DNA of 64,000 bases, from the NCBI GenBank assembly GCA_964621445.1, contig CAZUNO010000011.1:17298-81297 (forward strand). The letters run 5' to 3'. The DNA comes from Candidatus Hadarchaeota archaeon (GTDB lineage Archaea; CAYQAE01; CAYVLA01). A program made the position numbers and the translations under genes. The notes below the pieces were generated by a model. It saw only the letters and a list, made by a program, of their open reading frames with translations. It made no database searches and was not told where the DNA came from. Shown here piece by piece: positions 57,590 to 64,000 of this stretch (positions are counted from its first letter, which is position 1; each line of letters starts with the position of its first letter).

Positions 57590-59008
57590 TCACCGCACAT
57601 TCTTCTCGGCTACGGCGTCCCAGTTCTTCCTGATAATCAGGTCCTTGCCATCCGAGAAGCCATCGTTCCTGTCCGCCAGGTGATTGATCAGGCGATTTCT
57701 CCACAGCTCCACGTGGTCCTTGTATTCTTGGTCCCCGGATAGGTCAAACAACTCCTTCCGGTCCTTCTCGAGGTCGAAGAGGCGCTGTTCGCCGGAGCTG
57801 GGATAATAGATATACTTCTCCTGGCCATCGGTCAGGTAGTGCATTGCCTCCTTTTTCGAATAGCAGGGGCTGTGTTCACCGTGAATGTACTCTCTCCAGG
57901 GCCTTCCGTTAACGGCGTTGAAGACGCTCTGGCCGGTGACGGATTCGGGAATGGTGATTCCCACCCTATCGAGTATGGTGGGCATGACGTCCTGCAGCCC
58001 CACCACCTGTTCAAAGGTGCCGCTGGGCAGGGCCATGGAGTCGGGATATCTAACGATGAACGGGATTCGGGCCGATCCCTCGTAGGCGTAGGTCTTGCGG
58101 TGAAGATGATGGTCCCCCATCATGTCGCCATGGTCCGCGGTCATCATTACCAGGCAGTTCTCCCAAAGCCCTATCCTGGACAGGGTTTCCATCATCCTCC
58201 CTATCTCGTAGTCCACGTGAGTGATCAATCCCATGTAGCCGGCGCGCATTCTCTGGTTCTGCTCCGGGGTCAGGTCCCCCCTCCAGGCGCCTCTTTCAGG
58301 TGGCCCGTCAACGTCGTGATGGCTGGACCACTCTCCCAGGGGTATGGGTGGGAGGTTCCGGTTTATGTACATGTCCCAGAAGAACTTGGGCGGGTCGTAG
58401 GGGGAGTGGGGACGGTGATAGGATACCCATATGAAGAATGGCTTCGTGGGGTCCCGTTTCCTTATCATTTCCAGCGCGGTGTTGGTGGTCCATGCCGTCG
58501 GGTGGTATTGCTCCTGGTACGGCCAGGGACGGGCAAGCCAGCCGTTGGAATCCAGCCCGTGTTCCCTGCCGTGGTACATCCTAATGCATTTGGATCCCAT
58601 TTTCTCCTTCAGCCAGTCCATGTAATCGTCATACCCTTCCCTGTGGTCATGACACAAAACGTTATGGAATCCGAAGAGCTTGCGGCGGGGATGTAGGTTC
58701 CTGAACCCTACGTTCAGCGCGTGGTAGCCGTTATCGGCCAGGACCTTGGCCACCGTATTGGTCTCCTGCCACTCGGAGGTGGAATACCCCACAAGCCCAC
58801 AATCGAAGCTGCCCTTGCCCGAAAGCAGGCATCTGCGTGCTCCGGTGGTCGATGGGATCTCGGTGTAGGCGTTGGGGAAATAGGCCCCGTGGTTCACAAA
58901 GGCATCCAGATTGGGGGTCTCCATGACCGGGTGCCCGGCCAGGCCAAGATGATCGCCACGGTGCTGGTCGGTCGTTAGCAGGATAACGTTGGGGGGTTCT
59001 TGATCCAT
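57590..59008 (-). CDS. Sulfatase-family hydrolase with a non-canonical active-site motif
   Basis: PNVILLTTDQHRGD, TPNLD, PHSPYDPP, ADHGDMMGDH, YEGSARIPFI; motif reads TTGAR in place of C/SxPxR. Confidence 0.9.
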   Translation of the reverse strand: MDQEPPNVILLTTDQHRGDHLGLAGHPVMETPNLDAFVNHGAYFPNAYTEIPSTTGARRCLLSGKGSFDCGLVGYSTSEWQETNTVAKVLADNGYHALNVGFRNLHPRRKLFGFHNVLCHDHREGYDDYMDWLKEKMGSKCIRMYHGREHGLDSNGWLARPWPYQEQYHPTAWTTNTALEMIRKRDPTKPFFIWVSYHRPHSPYDPPKFFWDMYINRNLPPIPLGEWSSHHDVDGPPERGAWRGDLTPEQNQRMRAGYMGLITHVDYEIGRMMETLSRIGLWENCLVMMTADHGDMMGDHHLHRKTYAYEGSARIPFIVRYPDSMALPSGTFEQVVGLQDVMPTILDRVGITIPESVTGQSVFNAVNGRPWREYIHGEHSPCYSKKEAMHYLTDGQEKYIYYPSSGEQRLFDLEKDRKELFDLSGDQEYKDHVELWRNRLINHLADRNDGFSDGKDLIIRKNWDAVAEKNVR

Positions 59009-59132
59009 GTTATCGATTAGGCCAATATCAGGACCCTTATATCTCTGTAGCCCTTCAGGCTATGCCCACACGAAAAATGCCTCATTCTTACTAAGAATTT
59101 TAAATTTTGGCGCCAAAATAATTAAGGTATTC

Positions 59133-60353
59133 ATGTCACGAGCAAGATTCTCATCGGCCGTCTTTTCCCTTTTTGTGCTATCTATCCTTTTGTTACCGGC
59201 ATCATTGGGTGCTGAAAAGATAAGGTTGCTGGCACTTTCAAAAAATACCAGATTTAGCAGTCTGAACCATTGCTTCGAAAGCGAGCCGGCGGTCGATTTC
59301 TCCATAGTCCTCTCTCGCCACACCAGGCTTAGTGACAAGGAGGTCCTGAAAATGATCAGGCTCTATTTCCCCCGGACCTACGAGAATTTCAAGAGCTACG
59401 ACGTTCTCTTATTGGCCTGCCCCACCTATAGCCTGTTCACCACCAAGCAGGACCAGTGGATCCACGACAGCATCGCGGAGGGGGCCGGGGGTTTCAACGA
59501 CGGCAGCACCTACAGCCAGCACCTCTATATAGCCGGTGCCTGGGCCTCGGGGGAGGCCTGGAAGGCATTTCCCAACGATGCCCCCACGGTGGTCGACAAA
59601 TATGGCGGATGGTCATCGCAACCGTCCTATGCCGTTGACATCAACGAGGATGCGCGTTGGCCCGTGCTTTCGGCGTTCATACCATACGAGGTGGAGGACG
59701 TGCCGGTCCGACAGATCGCAAGAATCGTGTTACCGCCAGATGGTGCTGAAACTTTGGCCTGGATGGTGGGTAACTATCCAAAACCGGTTGCCTACCTCAC
59801 TGCGTGGGAGTATGAGCAGGGAAGGGCCATGACCATGGGAGGTCTGTTCCCCGGCGGGTGGTTCAACTACTACCAAAACAAATACTCATCCGAGATCATG
59901 ATGAACATGATATTCTGGCTCTCGGATACCCCGCTAATCGATGATATCGAGGTATATCACAGGATGAAGTCCAGCTTCTCGGAGTTCAGGAGAAGGATCG
60001 GAAACCTGATATCCCTCAAGGAATTCATCGCCAGGTTCGGGGCCAACACCCAGGCCATCGATAGGGAGATCATGGATCTGGAGGAAATTTATGGGGAGGC
60101 CTCGGAGCATTACCTGGACCACGATTTCGTAGAAAGCGCGGAGGTAATCAACAGGGGCCTCAATCTTTTCTCGGAAGCCGAGGATGTTGCCAGGAAGGAG
60201 AAGGAGAAGGCCCTCATGTGGGTCTATGCCATAGAGTGGCTGGTATCATCCTCAGCGCTATTCATATCCGGGTTCGTTTTGTGGACCCTGATGGTAAGGC
60301 GAAGGCTGTACAAGGATGTAAGAACCACCAAGCTGGCTTACAAAGAGGAATAG
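59133..60353 (+). CDS. Secreted, C-terminally anchored glutamine amidotransferase-like protein (paralog of 32305-33528)
   Basis: Signal peptide from ATG 59133, RLYFPRTY..F..YDV, WEYEQGR, AIEWL-TM-WTLMVRRRLYK. Confidence 0.75.
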   Translation: MSRARFSSAVFSLFVLSILLLPASLGAEKIRLLALSKNTRFSSLNHCFESEPAVDFSIVLSRHTRLSDKEVLKMIRLYFPRTYENFKSYDVLLLACPTYSLFTTKQDQWIHDSIAEGAGGFNDGSTYSQHLYIAGAWASGEAWKAFPNDAPTVVDKYGGWSSQPSYAVDINEDARWPVLSAFIPYEVEDVPVRQIARIVLPPDGAETLAWMVGNYPKPVAYLTAWEYEQGRAMTMGGLFPGGWFNYYQNKYSSEIMMNMIFWLSDTPLIDDIEVYHRMKSSFSEFRRRIGNLISLKEFIARFGANTQAIDREIMDLEEIYGEASEHYLDHDFVESAEVINRGLNLFSEAEDVARKEKEKALMWVYAIEWLVSSSALFISGFVLWTLMVRRRLYKDVRTTKLAYKEE

Positions 60354-60906
60354 ATGGGTATCCGGCTTTTCCGGGGCCTGGTGACCCATGTGCCCCACTT
60401 TCTAATCCACCTCTGAGGCGTTTTTCTCTTCTGGACCAGGGAGGTGTCGGTGCCCTTCACCGCTTCAATGATAGTTTCGTTGAGACCGGTCATGGGGTTC
60501 CTGCTGAAGGAAACCCCTGAGGCCTCGGCGGGCACCATCTCCTGAACTATTACCCCCATCTTGACCTCCCTGGTGACCTTTTTGGTCCTGGCCCGCTGAT
60601 TCCCATACCTTTTTGATGGATTCCACAATTCCATCCAGTCCCTCGACGTTGAGGAAGGAATCGAACTGGCTTGCAAAGGAGATCTGGGTATCGTCCTCTA
60701 CATTGGCCGATGAACATACGGCATACTGTTTCCCTGGATCTATTAGGGAGGAGAGTTCCTCCCGGATTTTCCCGATGATTTTGGATTACTTTTGTGATCC
60801 AGTTAGGCTTTTCAGCTCAGGAAGAAGGTTCTGGATACCCTATATCCATTTTCCATGAGAAACTGGATCTGACTGGCCTTGTTACCAACCTTCTCCCTCT
60901 TTCCAT
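60338..60906 (-). pseudogene. PEP synthase/PPDK N-terminal (ATP-grasp) domain remnant
   Basis: EKVGNKA, YAVCSSANVEDD..SFASQFDSFLNV, MGVIVQEMV....SGVSFSRNP across frames with internal stops; truncated. Confidence 0.75.
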
Positions 60907-61020
60907 CCCCGAAGGGAAGACGTAACGATTAGCCAACCCGGTTAGCACCGCTTCTTATTATCTGCTAACTCCCTTATAAGCAAGTTTTTGGGTATTTATT
61001 CCCTGGTCTGGACCCGAAAT

Positions 61021-61527
61021 TTACCACGAATTATACTTGAATATTTCCTCCTGGGGCTTCCTCTTGGTTACCTTTCCCTTCTTGAGGGATGAGTAGCCCA
61101 GGGCCATGAGGCTTACCACCCGTACATCCTCCGGTATTCCGAGTATCTCTTTGACCGATTCCTCATCAAAGGCACATACCCAGCAGGTCGATAGTCCCAG
61201 GTCGCTGGCAACCAGACACATGCTCTGCATGGCTATTGCCACGTCGACCTTCCAGTATTCCTCCCCGTCATCCCGGACCCATGCCTGATTGGGTGATGCG
61301 CATCCCACGATCAGTATGTCCGGGTTCCAGCTCTGGTTGGTGGCCTCGTTTAGCTTGTTCTTGGTTTCGGAATCATTGACAACTATGAATGTCCATGGCT
61401 GCTGGTTATTCGCGGATGGGGATAGCCTCCCTGCCTCCAGGACCTCGTCCAGCTTTTCCTGCTCCACCTTCTTGTCGTCGAAGCTCCTGTAACTTCTGCG
61501 CTCTTTTATAACGTCCAATACCGCCAT
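61021..61527 (-). CDS. Nitroreductase family protein
   Basis: RRSYRSF, SPSANNQQPW, GLSTCWV. Confidence 0.93.
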   Translation of the reverse strand: MAVLDVIKERRSYRSFDDKKVEQEKLDEVLEAGRLSPSANNQQPWTFIVVNDSETKNKLNEATNQSWNPDILIVGCASPNQAWVRDDGEEYWKVDVAIAMQSMCLVASDLGLSTCWVCAFDEESVKEILGIPEDVRVVSLMALGYSSLKKGKVTKRKPQEEIFKYNSW

Positions 61528-61630
61528 TCATATCAAATCCATTATTGATAGGGATAACGCGCTTCCCCCTATTAATTATGAATAAACACACACCGTTCTA
61601 CCGGAAAAAAGCACCTGAATTGATACCCAA

Positions 61631-62605
61631 TCATCCGCTATCCTTTGGTTTGATCAGGAGTTCCTCCTCGTCCGAGCCCTCGGCCAACCGTATCCATTGC
61701 TCGTAGACATCTCCCAGGGTCACCACCGAGGCCTCATAGGAGTGAATGGTTCCCGAGTACTTTCCTATCTGCTCCATCAGCCGATCGACGTCCTTTCTGG
61801 ATTCCAGTAGGAAGGAGACCGAGCCATCGGATCCCATCTTGTACCTCTCCCCGAAGGAGTCCCAGAATCCCGGGTGTACCGAGTCATGGGTTTTTACCCT
61901 CAATCGATAGAGATGGGATGTGGCCTTGAAGAAATCCCTCATGGAGCCGGTCCTCATTATGGAACCGTCCTTCCTCATGAGTACGAAATCCTCGGCCAGT
62001 CTGCTTATCACCTTGGGGTTATGATCGATCATAAGGATGGTGGCCCTGGAGGAATAGTCCTTCAGGAACTGGATCAGCTTCTCGGATCTATCGGTGTCCA
62101 TGGGGGAGGTCACCTCGTCGAGGAGAAGCAGCGATGGTCGTTTCATCAGTGCACACCCGATTCTCAGGGTCATTTTCTGGCCTTCCGAGAACCCCTCTAT
62201 CTTCTCGTCCATGGCCTCGCTCATGCCCATGGTCTCGATGAAGGTTTCAATATCCTCACGCGTGGAGCCCTGAATACCCTCAAAGTATGATAGGGTCTCG
62301 TTCATGCTCAGCTTCTTGTGGAAATCAAGGGTCGGGGTAACAAACCCTATCTTGGACCGGAGCTTCCTCAGCTTGGAGTAGAGGGGAACCCCGTCGATGA
62401 GGACCTCTCCAGAATCGGGTGATATTATGCCGGCTATGACCCTCAGCAGGGTCGTCTTTCCGCAGGCGTTCGGTCCTATAATCGCGGTTACCGTGTTCTC
62501 GGATGCGTGGAGACTAACCTCGTTCAGCACCCTTATGGACCTGCGGCCAACGCGGAACTGTTTGGCCAGTTCCAGGACGGAGAGATCACAACCCATTATC
62601 ATCAC
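61631..62605 (-). CDS. ABC transporter ATP-binding protein
   Basis: GPNACGKTT, FSEGQ signature, LLLLDE, IDH. Confidence 0.92.
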   Translation of the reverse strand: MMIMGCDLSVLELAKQFRVGRRSIRVLNEVSLHASENTVTAIIGPNACGKTTLLRVIAGIISPDSGEVLIDGVPLYSKLRKLRSKIGFVTPTLDFHKKLSMNETLSYFEGIQGSTREDIETFIETMGMSEAMDEKIEGFSEGQKMTLRIGCALMKRPSLLLLDEVTSPMDTDRSEKLIQFLKDYSSRATILMIDHNPKVISRLAEDFVLMRKDGSIMRTGSMRDFFKATSHLYRLRVKTHDSVHPGFWDSFGERYKMGSDGSVSFLLESRKDVDRLMEQIGKYSGTIHSYEASVVTLGDVYEQWIRLAEGSDEEELLIKPKDSG

Positions 62606-63451
62606 CTAGTAGTGCTCTATAATTCCCCACTCCATGGATTTCCTCTCAATGATCTTGTAAAATCCCACCGAAATCAATATGCCAAGGATCACCCCGCCGA
62701 TCATCAAAACGACGGGGTCCAGCGAAACCCCCAGGGCTGAAATCCATGCTCCCTTCTCGCTCGGCAAACGTCCAAGGATGAGTATATCCCTTATCCACTC
62801 CAGGCCGGTGGTTACAGGGATAAATCTAAGGGCATCGGGCAGGAGGGTGAACGGCCAACCGGCCTTGGCAAAGGTGGAAACCGGGAAGAAGAACCCGGAA
62901 CCTACCTTGAATACTTGCAGAAACACCCCGGCCGTGGAACCGATCTTCTTAAAAAGCAGTGCCAGAGAGCCCATGAATATGGAAACGGTGAGCATGAACA
63001 TCCAGGATATGATGATCAAAACCGAGACGTATCCCAGGGCCAGGGGGTCCAGGGTGCCAATGCCTATGTAAGCAAAAACGGGGATAAATACCAGAAGAGC
63101 CACCGCCCCGTTGACCATGCTCCTGGCTACCATCTGGCTGATTATCAGGGTGAGGGGGGAGACGTTATTGTTCATCAGCGTGCCCAGGGTGCCCATACGG
63201 GCCTCCTCTGGGATGATCCGGGTTCCCTCCAGATAGCCCTTCTCCATGAATGCCCAGACGAATATGTTCACTATGATGAATTCCTGGTACGAGAACTCCA
63301 TGATATCGGAGGTTCCCCCCAGGAAGATGTACCCGATGAATCCGAAGGCTATCATCATGGCTGCCAGGTAGGTGGCTTCCACCAGCAGCTCGAACTTGTA
63401 CTTGTATGCTATCCTCAGGTACCTCAGGATGTTGCTCAGTAGTATGGACAA
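62606..63451 (-). CDS. ABC-2 type permease
   Basis: Six TM segments, EEARMGTL, SGFFFPV, P.T.GL...R; adjacent to the ATPase gene. Confidence 0.88.
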   Translation of the reverse strand: MSILLSNILRYLRIAYKYKFELLVEATYLAAMMIAFGFIGYIFLGGTSDIMEFSYQEFIIVNIFVWAFMEKGYLEGTRIIPEEARMGTLGTLMNNNVSPLTLIISQMVARSMVNGAVALLVFIPVFAYIGIGTLDPLALGYVSVLIIISWMFMLTVSIFMGSLALLFKKIGSTAGVFLQVFKVGSGFFFPVSTFAKAGWPFTLLPDALRFIPVTTGLEWIRDILILGRLPSEKGAWISALGVSLDPVVLMIGGVILGILISVGFYKIIERKSMEWGIIEHY

Positions 63452-64000
63452 AACCCTCGCCGTGTGATGTCCAAAACTAAGCCTCCACCCTGAAATTACT
63501 TGCTGTTTGAACGTGCAGGGAAGCTAGTAAAACCCCAGCTGTGAGGCGTTTAGGACGGGTTTCTCCTCAGCCGGTTTAGGATGCTGGGGGCGACGGTAAT
63601 CCCCACCACGAAGGCGCTTATGGCTGCCAGAATACCAACAAGGGTCTCTACATTTCCCATAGGCTTGGCCTCGACGGTGATGGAGGAAGGAGTGACGAGC
63701 ATCTCCCAGGGGGTTTTCGATTAAGCCAATGGTGTCATTCGGTTCACGTCTGGCCCGAGCGACCTTCGAGTGGCCCTTCCTCGGCCCTGAGCAGCAACAA
63801 CTCCGGGGACCTTAACGATCGTCCTTGGCTTGGGAGCTCATTCCTTTCAAACCACGAGGTGCATTGTCTTCCCGATATGCTCCTCAGGTGCATTCTGCCC
63901 GAGCATCTTTTCCAAATCTCGGAGATAACGAGCCGTTTCTCGGTTGAGGCTCGGGAATGGGCTCTGTCAGGGCTTCGTTTCAAGTTTACCTACCGGCAAA

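Noticed and set aside
1-64000. CRISPR array, transposase, integrase or prophage
   Set aside because: No regularly spaced repeats or mobile-element motifs were seen by eye.
63549-64000. Minus-strand fragment ending in a TM and basic tail (…GILAAISAFVVGITVAPSILNRLRRNPS)
   Set aside because: The upstream frame is interrupted by stops and the window ends; possibly a remnant, but too little to call.

Overview
Archaeal chromosomal window, GC-rich and mostly housekeeping genes. A Thermococcales-like PriL and the secF-secD-trkA-ATP synthase order suggest a Thermococci-related euryarchaeote (inference). Housekeeping content: acetate permease plus acs, SecF/SecD, TrkA, an A1AO ATP synthase operon with a Na+-type c subunit, PriL, RFC, AhcY, threonine pathway genes, an orphan MtrH, RtcB, archease and Dph5. 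An accessory block follows the tRNA (about 50.5-60.9 kb) with secreted propeller/carbohydrate-enzyme-like genes, a non-canonical sulfatase and pseudogenes. Standout: the gap at 24.45-25.1 kb has no credible ORF and reads as a single promoter-driven transcript holding two tandem, paralogous, structured RNAs (308 and 288 nt). Each is closed by a canonical bulge-helix-bulge (BHB) motif, so each is predicted to be excised by the splicing endonuclease and circularised. The two copies show compensatory base changes and a shared pseudoknot, and I do not recognise the family. Also found: a tRNA-Lys(CUU) with two non-canonical introns whose pairings suggest ordered splicing, and a C/D-box sRNA predicted to guide 2'-O-methylation at 16S C1402. 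All structures were paired by eye; no searches or folding programs were run.
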